A stretch of 49,194 bases of DNA, filler included, from Candidatus Woesearchaeota archaeon (GTDB taxonomy: Archaea; Nanobdellota; Nanobdellia; Woesearchaeales; DATGWN01): NCBI GenBank assembly GCA_047603125.1. It is 2 parts of 2 records of this genome, joined end to end, with 100 filler letters (N's around TTAATTAATTAA, not from the genome) between each part and the next. Parts side by side here need not be neighbours in the genome. Positions count along the whole stretch, not along the records: positions 1 to 24,685 come from JBLKOU010000014.1; 1 more part is not named here. One strand, 5' to 3'. Shown here piece by piece: positions 9,590-19,371 of this stretch. A model generated the notes under the pieces. It saw only the letters and a list, made by a program, of their open reading frames with translations, was not told the DNA's origin and did not search any database. Position 1 is the first letter of the stretch, and each line of letters begins with the position of its first letter. The position numbers were made by a program, and so were the translations under genes.

Positions 9590-10212
9590 GCCTTTTTTTT
9601 CTTTTTAACTGTTTTTTTGGTTGCTTTTTTTACAGTCTTCTTTGTTGTTGCTTTCTTTTTCGTAGGGGTCTTTTTCACCGTCTTTGGTGTATCAGAACGT
9701 ATAATTGGTCTTGTCTGCAATTCTTCTTCTAATTGCGACAATTCTTTTTCTAATTCTTGTATTTTTTGAGAATTATCTTCTTGAATGAGCATCTCACCTG
9801 TTTCTGGACACTGGTAATTAAATTCAATTGCTTTTTCAAATGTGAGTCTCACAGCTTTTGATGGACCAGAAAAAAACACATTCGATTTTTCACGATGAAT
9901 TCGTTCAATAAGTGCTTCTTTTCGTTTTCGTTTAATTTCCCAGAACTTGTGCTCAATGTCAATTGGATTAAATGTCCAATAATAAATATACCAGCCTTTT
10001 TGCTTGTCTTTTTTTCGTGTAAAACTCACTAAATTGTGATCAAGTAGGCGGTAGAGCATATTTCGAATATAATTTATTTCTAGTTCAAGGTCATTTGCAA
10101 TAATAAATTCTGAGATATTTTTCTTTCCACGCAGATATTCAACTAGTTGAATCGTATCTTCTCCCGCAATTTGCGTGATTACCTCGTTGCTCACCTGTTT
10201 TGTTATTTTCAT
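9586..10212 (-). CDS. tfe: Transcription factor E (TFIIE-alpha homologue)
   Basis: wHTH IRNMLYRL..HNLV, GWYIYYW, RLTFEKA.E.NYQCPETGEML..EDNS; Lys-rich tail. Confidence 0.9.
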   Translation of the reverse strand: MKITKQVSNEVITQIAGEDTIQLVEYLRGKKNISEFIIANDLELEINYIRNMLYRLLDHNLVSFTRKKDKQKGWYIYYWTFNPIDIEHKFWEIKRKRKEALIERIHREKSNVFFSGPSKAVRLTFEKAIEFNYQCPETGEMLIQEDNSQKIQELEKELSQLEEELQTRPIIRSDTPKTVKKTPTKKKATTKKTVKKATKKTVKKKKKA

Positions 10213-10335
10213 AATGCTGAACTATATATACGGACATATGGCTTTTTAAAATCGACCATCCCTCGTCACTACTAACTAGTAAATTAAACCGAATCTTTAT
10301 AAATGTTTCTATTTGTTGTAACTTTTCAGGGACAT

Positions 10336-10716
10336 TTAGAAATGCTCGAGTGAGCAACCGTGCTCCATAATGTATTTTTCTTGGATGATGTAGTTTTTCT
10401 CTGTTTTTAATAACTGTGAAACTAAGATCATCATCCAAGGTTTTCGAAAAAATTTGACAGCTATCCATGGTTCTGCCCCGAATTGTCGACTAAAATCAAC
10501 AAATAAATCAATAGTTTGGCAATCAAGGTATCTGGACGTACCTTTGACAATTTTACACTCAATTGAGAGGATACGAAGCCCATTTCCTGCTAAAATATCT
10601 GTTGAGGGGGTTTTTGTGTTTCCCGAACCTGCTATACGAATAGCAGCATACCCTTTTTTTTGGAATAAATGAACAAGTTCCCGTTCTGCGCTAATTCCTC
10701 GGCTCTTTTGCGACAT
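10336..10716 (-). CDS. hjc: Holliday junction resolvase Hjc
   Basis: RGISAERELV, RIAGSG, DILAG, IECK PD-(D/E)xK motifs; start at MSQK. Confidence 0.93.
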   Translation of the reverse strand: MSQKSRGISAERELVHLFQKKGYAAIRIAGSGNTKTPSTDILAGNGLRILSIECKIVKGTSRYLDCQTIDLFVDFSRQFGAEPWIAVKFFRKPWMMILVSQLLKTEKNYIIQEKYIMEHGCSLEHF

Positions 10717-10789
10717 AATCGGTATACGAACGAGTCTCTTTTTAAATCGTTCGAAATATTTTATAAAGAGTGTTTGTTTTGTGCAAAAC

Positions 10790-12211
10790 ATGCGTCAAGC
10801 AATATTGACAATAAGCGTTTTTGTGGTTTTTTTTGCAACCATACTGTACTTTTTTTCTCCGACACTTCCCTATGTAACAGACCAATCATATGATGTATTA
10901 CGAAACATAGAGTCGATTGAAAAAACACAGCAACCTTTATTTTTTGACTCGCAAAGTCAATTAGGAAAAGAGCGTGTTTTGAATCCATTTAGTTATTATG
11001 TGCTTTTTTTTGTCCAAAATATTTCTTTTTTTTATAAATTCCTCATAGGTGCCTTGTTTTTTGTAGGATTCTTTTATGCAAAACTTCATCTTAATCGTAT
11101 ATTTTTACAAAATATCGTCGCGATTTTATTTGCAACCACTCCTCTTTTTACTCTTTACGCGATTCGAACAATTTCTCTTGAAATACTTGCAATTTTTTTC
11201 GGGTTTGTTAGCTATGTTCTTTTTTTATATTGGCTTCGTAACAAAGCAGTATTTATACCACTCTTGCTCGTTACTGTAGTAGGTTGTTTTATACATCCTA
11301 TTTTTGGACTATTTTTATTTGCAAAAGCTGCATATTATGTGAGTACGATTTTATTAAAGCGCTCTGAGAAAAGAGTCAAAGAATATGTCTTTTTTACTAC
11401 ACTTTTTTTTATTGTGAGTCAATATTTTTTGTATTATAAAGCGATTATGCACCATGGTTTTACTGTGTTTTGGCTGGATACTAATAAATCATATTTACTT
11501 GATGTTTTGATAGTTTTCCCGCAATTTGGTCTTTTAGCAGTTGTTTTAGCAATGATTGGTGTATATTGGTCACTAAAAAAAGATTTTTCCCATACAACCT
11601 ATTTACACTTATCACTCATTGTTTGTGCACTTGTCGCATCACTCACATATATCATTTCTGGAGATTTTTTTCTTATTATCACAGTATTAGCTGGTGTTGC
11701 GTTATTACCACAATTTTTTTCACATTTACAAACGCATTTATTTACAACAAAGTTTTCCTCAAAGCGTTTTTTTATTGCAAAAACAATAGGTTTTTTCCTT
11801 GTTTTATTTATGATAATTCCAGCTTTTTCGTATCCTTTTTTACTTTCCGATCACAGAAATGACTTAAAAGAACCACTTTTGTGGATAGAACAAAATACGT
11901 CTGAAGAATCAGTCGTTCTTGTGTTTAAAGAATATGCGTTTCAAACGATGTATTATGCAAAGAGAGCAACTGTAATAGATCGAGATCCCATTTTGTCGGT
12001 AGGGTATGCACAAAAAGATATTCTTCTCACACAATTTTTTCAAAGTTATTTTGCTGGACAAGTTCGTTCTATTTTCACACAATTAGGCATCATAGAAAGA
12101 CCGATTTATGTTCTTTATTTACCTCAAATGGGTGTACAGTCCGAAGTTCCCATTTTAAACGGATCCTGTTTTGAGAAGAGAATTGAGGGGGTGTACGAGT
12201 ATGTTTGCTAA
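10790..12211 (+). CDS. Polytopic membrane protein, GT-C / AglB(STT3)-like architecture
   Basis: More than 10 TM segments, N-terminal D..Y..LR motif, C-terminal domain LLWIEQNT....VL......YYAKRATVID. Confidence 0.55.
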   Translation: MRQAILTISVFVVFFATILYFFSPTLPYVTDQSYDVLRNIESIEKTQQPLFFDSQSQLGKERVLNPFSYYVLFFVQNISFFYKFLIGALFFVGFFYAKLHLNRIFLQNIVAILFATTPLFTLYAIRTISLEILAIFFGFVSYVLFLYWLRNKAVFIPLLLVTVVGCFIHPIFGLFLFAKAAYYVSTILLKRSEKRVKEYVFFTTLFFIVSQYFLYYKAIMHHGFTVFWLDTNKSYLLDVLIVFPQFGLLAVVLAMIGVYWSLKKDFSHTTYLHLSLIVCALVASLTYIISGDFFLIITVLAGVALLPQFFSHLQTHLFTTKFSSKRFFIAKTIGFFLVLFMIIPAFSYPFLLSDHRNDLKEPLLWIEQNTSEESVVLVFKEYAFQTMYYAKRATVIDRDPILSVGYAQKDILLTQFFQSYFAGQVRSIFTQLGIIERPIYVLYLPQMGVQSEVPILNGSCFEKRIEGVYEYVC

Positions 12212-13574
12212 AAAAACCCTTTTGCTTTTTGGTTTTATTACATTCGCATACACACTTCTCGTTAGTTTAGTGTATGTGCTAAGAAATGGAAATATTATTT
12301 ATGATGTTGCAAGTTACTATATATTGCGTGTAGTCGAACATAATTGGCTCTATGATCATCTGGGCTTTGGCGGGGTTGACATACCTGTTTCACTCACCCG
12401 ATTATTAATGAAGGGAATTGATGCTTCATTTAGTTATTTTTGGTTCCAGATTTGTTTAGGTTTGATTGTTTTGATCCTCATCATGTTTTTGTTACAAAAA
12501 GAACAGATTTCCTTTTCTCTTAGTGTGATGACATTGCTCTTGTTTATAACAAGTTCAACATTTTTGTTTTCTTTGTTTAGCTTATCTCATTCGCTTATTT
12601 GGCTAGCATTATTATTGATTTTATATTTCTTACTTCGAGAAAAAAAATATTGGGCGGCCATAATTCTCACATTTCTCTTGCCATTTTTTGGTTTTGCATT
12701 ATTTTTACTTCAAATAGTGCTTTATGTGTTTTTATATAATCGACGCGATCTTCTTTCCAAAAAACGACTATATACATACGGGTTTGCCACAATACTGGGG
12801 ATGATTTTGTATTTCTTGTTCTACCTTTTCACAAATGGCTCCGTGCTTTCTTTGTTTTTGATTTCTTTTGAGGATTTTATAATCATTTTTACTGTTGCAA
12901 AAGGATTTTCGCTATTTTTGCTTATATTGTATGTGGCAGGGATATTCATACTCTGGAACCAAAAAACGCGCCGATTTTTATTAGCATCACTTGGAGTTTT
13001 TTTCATCTCCTTATTTTTTGTTGAAATAATTCTTTTGCACACATTAATAATGTCCATTATTGTGAGCTTTAGTTTGCAAAAAATTCACAAACACGCGTGG
13101 GAAAATCAAATTTTTTATTATGGCTCACTAGCTTGTTTATTGGTCTTTTTTGTCGGTTCGTTTTCTTTTGCAATTAGTTCACTTGAACAAGAACGACCTG
13201 AAGTTGGGGAATTACAGGCAATACAAGAAATTAGACCGGGGATGAAGGTACTCAGTTCACCGGAGAATGGTTTTTTACTGGAAAGTGCCGGTGCAAAAAC
13301 ATTTATTAACAATTTTCGTCAAGTACCGCACTATAGAGAACGAAAGTCACATTTGACAATATTTGACTCGACAAATTTGGAAGAATTGCATACCTTTCTT
13401 GATGATTTTTCCATAACACATATTTATCTCACTCCAAGTATGAAAGAGCAGTATTGGTTTGGGATGCAAACAGGGATGCTTCGTTTATTAGAAGATGAGT
13501 CTTTTGAACGAGTGTACAATCAAGATGGTTTTACCATATACACATACCGTAGATCTACACTTGCTAGCGAATAA
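12201..13574 (+). CDS. Polytopic membrane protein, GT-C / AglB-like paralogue
   Basis: Many TM segments, ASYYILR, C-terminal domain with FLDDFSITHIYL and FERVYNQDGFTIY; overlaps the upstream gene. Confidence 0.55.
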   Translation: MFAKKTLLLFGFITFAYTLLVSLVYVLRNGNIIYDVASYYILRVVEHNWLYDHLGFGGVDIPVSLTRLLMKGIDASFSYFWFQICLGLIVLILIMFLLQKEQISFSLSVMTLLLFITSSTFLFSLFSLSHSLIWLALLLILYFLLREKKYWAAIILTFLLPFFGFALFLLQIVLYVFLYNRRDLLSKKRLYTYGFATILGMILYFLFYLFTNGSVLSLFLISFEDFIIIFTVAKGFSLFLLILYVAGIFILWNQKTRRFLLASLGVFFISLFFVEIILLHTLIMSIIVSFSLQKIHKHAWENQIFYYGSLACLLVFFVGSFSFAISSLEQERPEVGELQAIQEIRPGMKVLSSPENGFLLESAGAKTFINNFRQVPHYRERKSHLTIFDSTNLEELHTFLDDFSITHIYLTPSMKEQYWFGMQTGMLRLLEDESFERVYNQDGFTIYTYRRSTLASE

Positions 13575-14277
13575 TCGCATATTTACAAATAACATAGAGT
13601 GCTCGAACACCATCTTTCCAATTTATTTTTTTTCCTTGTGCATAAGTTCTTCCATAATAAGAAATACCGACTTCGTAAATTCGAATATTTGGAATTCTCG
13701 CTATTTTTGCAGTAATTTCAGGCTCAAAGCCAAAGCGTTTTTCTTTTAATTTTATTTTCTTTAGCAAAGGTGTTTTGAACACTTTGTAACACGTTTCCAT
13801 ATCAGTGAGATTTAAGTTTGTGGTTAAATTGGAACAAAAAGTGAGAAATTTATTTCCTATTGTGTGAAAGAAAAAGAGTATTCGGTGAGGTTTTCCGCCA
13901 ATAAATCGGGAACCATAGACAACATCTGCAAAGCCATCTAATATGGGTTGCAAAAGAAGGGGATATTCATTCGGGTCATATTCTAAATCTGCATCTTGAA
14001 TAAGAATGTAATCTCCAGTTGCGTGTTTGATACCTGTGTGAATGGCTGCCCCCTTTCCTCTGTTTTTTGTGTGAGTATATAGTCGTAATGTGAATGCTTT
14101 TTTTGGCTTATATTCTTGAATTTTTTTAATTGTTGCATCGGTAGAGCCATCATCCACAATAATAATTTCTTTTTCTAGTGGCAGGGAAACTTGTGAAATT
14201 TTATCAAGAATGGTTGTGATTGTCTTTTGTTCATTATAACATGGGATGAGTATGCTCAGTGTTTTTTTACTATTCAT
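13564..14277 (-). CDS. GT2 polyprenyl/dolichyl-phosphate glycosyltransferase (DPM1-like)
   Basis: LIPCYNE, VDDGSTD, NRGKGAA, IQDADLEY, VYGSRF, TDMETCYK. Confidence 0.92.
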   Translation of the reverse strand: MNSKKTLSILIPCYNEQKTITTILDKISQVSLPLEKEIIIVDDGSTDATIKKIQEYKPKKAFTLRLYTHTKNRGKGAAIHTGIKHATGDYILIQDADLEYDPNEYPLLLQPILDGFADVVYGSRFIGGKPHRILFFFHTIGNKFLTFCSNLTTNLNLTDMETCYKVFKTPLLKKIKLKEKRFGFEPEITAKIARIPNIRIYEVGISYYGRTYAQGKKINWKDGVRALYVICKYAIIR

Positions 14278-14279
14278 AT

Positions 14280-15836
14280 TTACCACCAAATACCCCGATT
14301 ATCATCTATTTGCCACCCCTCGCCATGCAAGAAGTTACAACCACTTTCTATGAGTCCGTATTTATTAAAGAGAATAAAGCAAGGGTTTATATTAATTGTG
14401 ACATTCTGGTTTATTTGAACCCTTGCCTTTATTTCTTCTAAATAGGTTTGTCTGTAGGGAGTAAATTCAATACAATTTGATGTTCCGACAACATATACGC
14501 GAGAATCATTATAGAGTATGGGAAGCGTTTGCATAAATTGTGCGTCATTTACATAATCTGGCTCTCCTGAATTTGGAAATAATACATGTATGGGTGTTTG
14601 TTCTTGATTCATTTGGAAGCTAAAGTCGTCTTTATGTAAAAATGGAGCAGAACCTTGACCTAAATAATTGAGATATGGCCATGCGTTGGAGTGGATTTGA
14701 CAATGTGTGAGGTTGAGTTGCTCGAGAACAGAGATACTGTGCTCATATAGTTGTTTTGAGTCGTAATGCTGATGTTCAAGTAGTACATACACCATATTTA
14801 ATGAAAAAAAGAGTATTGCAAATACTGTCCACCATTTTTTTTGAAATTTTACTTTTTTTGCTAAAAATTCAAAACCAATGTAGCCAAAATAAACAACCCC
14901 GACAGTGAGAAAAAAAAGATACCTGGAAAATTTAAAAGGGGTTGTTGCGTAGCTGTAAATGGTATACGCTCCAAGAAAAATCATGAGCAATTGCATTTGA
15001 TATTTTAATAAAAATACATACGCTTTTTTCCAAGTAATTTTTTTATTTACAAGTTTTTTTCCTGAGGAAAATAAAATGACAAAGACAACAATCACACCAA
15101 TAAATACAAACGGTGTAAGAACATGACTCGCCTCAAAAAAATGAGAAAAAACTACTGGTTGTGTGATCTCTCTTCGGGCAAGTACATTGAGCGCGTATTG
15201 GTTGGTAATACTTGCAAACATATGTCCAAAAACAAAGTAGTTGTATATGAGCCATGCGCCAAGAGTCAGTCCAAAGCCAATGCAGGCAAAGATAATTTTT
15301 TTCATTTGAAAATGAAATAAGAGCAGTGGAAATAAAGCCAGTCCCGTATATCGGCTTAATGCACTCAAACCAAGAGCAACACCCGAAATCATTTTTCCCC
15401 CTGTGATGCCTGCAATTGCTATAAGTAAAAACGCTAGCGAAAGCATTTCTGTTCCAATAAAAAGTCCGTGGATAATAACATATGCATTTAAGAAAAAAGC
15501 GTATGTGAGTGTGAGATGAAAGCGTGTTACCAAGCTAAAAAGGTATACGGAGTATGCATAGAGAATACAAACAAAAATGATAAAAAGTATTTGAGCAAAT
15601 TCCCACGTTGTCAGTACACCAAAAAGACCCATCAGAAATGATGCTAGCGGTGGCCTTCCAATTTCAAAATAGAGGCTTTGATCAAAATAAAATTGTGCGT
15701 TTAATAAATAAACAACAAAATCCCAGGAAATATTTGTTATTTGTTCATATAAAAAATAGATTGTAGAGAGAAAAAACAGAACAAGAAATGACCAGTCTTT
15801 TTTGCAGAATTTGAAAATTTGTTTTTGGAGTGTCAT
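14280..15836 (-). CDS. GT-C (ArnT/PMT-like) membrane glycosyltransferase
   Basis: WD..VY, RPPL, TEMLSL, ALSRY motifs and multiple TM segments. Confidence 0.75.
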   Translation of the reverse strand: MTLQKQIFKFCKKDWSFLVLFFLSTIYFLYEQITNISWDFVVYLLNAQFYFDQSLYFEIGRPPLASFLMGLFGVLTTWEFAQILFIIFVCILYAYSVYLFSLVTRFHLTLTYAFFLNAYVIIHGLFIGTEMLSLAFLLIAIAGITGGKMISGVALGLSALSRYTGLALFPLLLFHFQMKKIIFACIGFGLTLGAWLIYNYFVFGHMFASITNQYALNVLARREITQPVVFSHFFEASHVLTPFVFIGVIVVFVILFSSGKKLVNKKITWKKAYVFLLKYQMQLLMIFLGAYTIYSYATTPFKFSRYLFFLTVGVVYFGYIGFEFLAKKVKFQKKWWTVFAILFFSLNMVYVLLEHQHYDSKQLYEHSISVLEQLNLTHCQIHSNAWPYLNYLGQGSAPFLHKDDFSFQMNQEQTPIHVLFPNSGEPDYVNDAQFMQTLPILYNDSRVYVVGTSNCIEFTPYRQTYLEEIKARVQINQNVTININPCFILFNKYGLIESGCNFLHGEGWQIDDNRGIWW

Positions 15837-16477
15837 TGTGTTCGATTAAGTGCGTTCTGTATTCGCGTCAAATCAGAGTGGCCTTGTAAGGTGATATCAA
15901 AATTAATAATGAGGGCGGGGAGTTGTTCAATTTCAAAGAAATCATAAAAATATGAAATGGATGGCGTGTATCCATAATCCATAGGGATAATCAAAAGCTT
16001 ATCTTGAAGTGGTTCAAGTTCATTCCCTTGTGCACGCGCTTGCCCGGGGTTATTTCCATCAAAGAAAAATAAAATGACGGGTGTTTGAAAGTCACATTCT
16101 TGTTGAAATCGCTGCAGTTCCGCATAAAAAATAACTTGGTTGACATTGTGTCGTTGTTTAAGTAAATCATAGCGTCTGCTTGAGTCTGCACCCTCTTGTT
16201 CCATTTGGTCTAGTCGTATTCCACTCTCATGAATACGCGACGCAAGTGAGTTTATATGTGTGCTTTGGCAAGTGTCGATGTCAAAATGTTGTGTAAATGT
16301 CAAATATTCGTTTAAGCTTCGCATATCTAAATATAAATTTTCAATTTCAATTTCAAGATCACTTACTGTGGAATCACCAGAAAAAACGCCAAGTAAAAAT
16401 CCAAGTATGAATGCAAGAATGAGTGCAAAGAGAATATTTATGCTTTTTTTCTTGTAAAACACTTTTTTCTTTTTCAT
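15833..16477 (-). CDS. Membrane-anchored protein, probable thioredoxin-like C-terminal fold
   Basis: N-terminal TM, helical region with two Cys, PVILFFFDG and IEQLPALII; ATGA-coupled on both sides. Confidence 0.7.
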   Translation of the reverse strand: MKKKKVFYKKKSINILFALILAFILGFLLGVFSGDSTVSDLEIEIENLYLDMRSLNEYLTFTQHFDIDTCQSTHINSLASRIHESGIRLDQMEQEGADSSRRYDLLKQRHNVNQVIFYAELQRFQQECDFQTPVILFFFDGNNPGQARAQGNELEPLQDKLLIIPMDYGYTPSISYFYDFFEIEQLPALIINFDITLQGHSDLTRIQNALNRTQ

Positions 16478-17733
16478 TTTTTTGTACCCCAGTCATATTT
16501 TCGTTTTTGTAGTTCTAAGTACAAACTTCGCGGAATGATGTATACATACATGTAGTTATAAACGAGTATATATAAAACTACTGCAACTATTTTTTTCACC
16601 GTATGTGTTGCAAAAAAACGACTATTGTAGAATGTGAATGTTGTATATATAATAAATAAAACTATGCTGATGAGAATAATAATCGGGACGAGTAGCGTTA
16701 CATTGAGCGTGAGAAGAATTTGTGAGAGTGTGCGAAATTCAAACCAAACAATTAAATCGGGTGTGTTTATGAGTTTAAATACAAATTCGCTTATTCCTCG
16801 AACTATATTATATCCGAGAATACTAATTGCGCATAAAAGAAGAAAAATTCCTGTGACTGTTATGGGAAATTCAAACCAGCCAAAAAGCCCATGTTTTTTA
16901 TTAAAGTGTATGTCTCTGTGTTTGAGGTGTGTTTGAAAAAACCCGCGAAACCACCGTATTCGCTGCTTGATAATGAGGGAAAGTGAATTAGGGGTTCTTG
17001 TAAAGACTAAGCTATCGTGGGCATATTCGATGAGATAGCCATTTTTTTTTAATCGCACGCCAAGTTCAAAATCTTCTGTTAGATTTTTTGCATCGAAGCA
17101 ACCTATTTTTTTAACAATATCGGTTTTATATACGCTTAAAACACCTGGCGCAATATGTAAGAAGCGAAGGCTTGCTGATATGGCTCGCATAAGCCCGACC
17201 ACAAGGTATTCAATTACTTGAATTCGCTCCAGTACATTAGCATTTTCATTTTCGGGCTTGAGTTTACTCATGACTGCGCCAATAGGTTCTTCTCTTTTGA
17301 TAGAAAACATTTTGACTGCATTTTTGAGACTTTTTTTACTAATGGTGCTATCTGCATCAAGCACTGCAAATAAAGGGGTTGTAATTTGTTTGAGTGCAAT
17401 ATTCATTGCTTGCGCTTTTCCTTGATTTTTTTTGAGTGTTAAGAGCTTGACTTGAGGATGTTTCAAGTAAGGTTTAACTATTTGTTCTGTTTTATCTTTT
17501 GAGGCATCGTTTACAATGACAATGTGTATTTTCGCACCATATTCGAGTTTTAAGCAGCTCTCTATCGTTCTTGCAATTCCTTGTTCTTCGTTATATGCAG
17601 GGATAAGAATAGTAACTTCTGGGTATTTTTTTATAGAAGGAGAAGAATATTGTGCTTTTAAAAGCGCCAATATATAGAAAGTGATGATATAAAGATTGAT
17701 AAAAATTATGACTGTAACGATGGTTTCAATCAT
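16474..17733 (-). CDS. Processive GT2 polysaccharide synthase (PgaC/IcaA/cellulose-synthase-like)
   Basis: IPAYNE, GKAQA, LDAD, TED and QRIRW motifs, C-terminal TMs. Confidence 0.88.
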   Translation of the reverse strand: MIETIVTVIIFINLYIITFYILALLKAQYSSPSIKKYPEVTILIPAYNEEQGIARTIESCLKLEYGAKIHIVIVNDASKDKTEQIVKPYLKHPQVKLLTLKKNQGKAQAMNIALKQITTPLFAVLDADSTISKKSLKNAVKMFSIKREEPIGAVMSKLKPENENANVLERIQVIEYLVVGLMRAISASLRFLHIAPGVLSVYKTDIVKKIGCFDAKNLTEDFELGVRLKKNGYLIEYAHDSLVFTRTPNSLSLIIKQRIRWFRGFFQTHLKHRDIHFNKKHGLFGWFEFPITVTGIFLLLCAISILGYNIVRGISEFVFKLINTPDLIVWFEFRTLSQILLTLNVTLLVPIIILISIVLFIIYTTFTFYNSRFFATHTVKKIVAVVLYILVYNYMYVYIIPRSLYLELQKRKYDWGTKK

Positions 17734-18407
17734 TCTATTTGCCTCATACGCTCAAGTTCTTGTGTAAGTCTTCCCGGACCGAGTGTTCCTTGGCCGTGGT
17801 GGGTGAGATTGCCAAAGACGATGGAATTATGTTGTGTGATATTATAGTTTTCCAGTAAAAAATGAACCATGGGTTCGTTTCTAAAATTTAAATCGATAGT
17901 ATAGACAATCACTTCATTTCGATAATTGAGTGCAAATTGCTGGACGTGGAGTGCTTGTGGATTAAAACCGGTAATATCCCCGTCAAGAAAAAAAAAGAGT
18001 GGTTTGAGTTGCTGCTCACAAAGTCTATTATGTTCATAGAGTTTATTGAGATTTTCTAATTGTGCAATTAAATATTCTCTTCTTTTCAAATCATGTTTTT
18101 CTAAATTAAAGGTGAGCATGCGTTGTCGAAAGCTCGTCAAGTCAACGGCAATAAGTTTATTATCTTCATATTCTTCTAAAATATATTCTTTGCTAAATGC
18201 ACAGTCCGTTCTGCCCACGCGTTGATAGAATGCGTTTGTTGCAAGAAAAGATTCGTGTTTTAAATTTTGTATTTGTGTTTGTTGCTCAAGTTCTGTGACC
18301 CTCCAAGAATCTAAAAAGAGGGTAAGTCCAAATGTGAGTAAATAAACGATGAGAACGACAATCCCTGCTTGAAAAAAAAGGAGTTTTCTATTCGTTTGAC
18401 TTATCAT
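17730..18407 (-). CDS. Membrane-anchored protein, paralogue of 15833-16477
   Basis: Same layout; HDLKRREY vs YDLLKQRH, C...PLFFFLDG vs C...PVILFFFDG. Confidence 0.7.
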   Translation of the reverse strand: MISQTNRKLLFFQAGIVVLIVYLLTFGLTLFLDSWRVTELEQQTQIQNLKHESFLATNAFYQRVGRTDCAFSKEYILEEYEDNKLIAVDLTSFRQRMLTFNLEKHDLKRREYLIAQLENLNKLYEHNRLCEQQLKPLFFFLDGDITGFNPQALHVQQFALNYRNEVIVYTIDLNFRNEPMVHFLLENYNITQHNSIVFGNLTHHGQGTLGPGRLTQELERMRQIE

Positions 18408-18520
18408 AAAGAAAGGGTTTTTTGCCCCTTTTTAAACATTTCTTAAAACTTTTATTTTTAGGCAAAAAAATGATTTTGCATCCACTATCTTTTTAAATGT
18501 GAATGCGATTTAGGGCACAT

Positions 18521-18949
18521 ATGGAAATCCTTTCTCTCTTTCAAATCCCGATTGTAAATAGATTCATTCGATTTTTTATTGTCGGAGGTAGCGGTGTTTT
18601 CTTAAATTTACTCGTCACTGCCTTTTTTTTTTACTTCGTGCTTCCTGAAAACTTGTTTTATATCTCTTCAATTATAGGGACGGCTGTAAATGTACTATAT
18701 AATTTTACTTTACATACAATATTTACATTTCAAACAAAAAAACACCATAAGTCTCGGTTTGTTCTTTTTGTTGGGTATACTCTCGGGCTTGCAACAATAC
18801 AAGAGACATTAATTGCAGTGATTACGCCCTATATAGGGGTTGAGTTTTTTCTCATCATTAAAGCAGTTGTTATTCTTTGCTTTTCCATACTTACTTTTTT
18901 AGTGTTTCATTTTGTACTCTTTTCGAGAAACATCGAGCAAAAGTTCTAA
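18521..18949 (+). CDS. GtrA-family flippase
   Basis: RFIRFFIVGG...NFTLHTIFTF, 4 TM segments; start could alternatively be 18503. Confidence 0.85.
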   Translation: MEILSLFQIPIVNRFIRFFIVGGSGVFLNLLVTAFFFYFVLPENLFYISSIIGTAVNVLYNFTLHTIFTFQTKKHHKSRFVLFVGYTLGLATIQETLIAVITPYIGVEFFLIIKAVVILCFSILTFLVFHFVLFSRNIEQKF

Positions 18950-19308
18950 GAGTTATTTTCAAACAATATTGTGACACTTTTAGCGACATCCGGAGTGATT
19001 TTGGCATGTGCGTGTGGGTATATGGACCATTGAGTCTGTGTCTGATCGTTAAAGAAGGTGACTTTACAATCCAATAGTTTACTAAATTCTTGCCAGTGAT
19101 TGAGAAGAAATTGTACATTTTGCTTTGTATTTTTACAATAAATATGGGTATTTGTTACATTATTGAGTGTTTCTTGAACGGTAATTGTTTGTGTCTTTGA
19201 TTTTATTTGTACATTAAACTCATGCTTTCTTTTTTTGATGATTGCATTTCTTGTTGCGTATTTATACCGGAGATATTCGTAGATATGGTCGTAAAAGGCA
19301 TCGCTCAT
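18946..19308 (-). CDS. hypothetical protein
   Basis: 120-aa ORF with upstream TTTAAA element. Confidence 0.65.
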   Translation of the reverse strand: MSDAFYDHIYEYLRYKYATRNAIIKKRKHEFNVQIKSKTQTITVQETLNNVTNTHIYCKNTKQNVQFLLNHWQEFSKLLDCKVTFFNDQTQTQWSIYPHAHAKITPDVAKSVTILFENNS

Positions 19309-19371
19309 GGTTTATTTTGGTTTGTTCGTGTTTAAAAAAGTTTTTTATAGGGGGGATGTTCTCCCTTTCCT

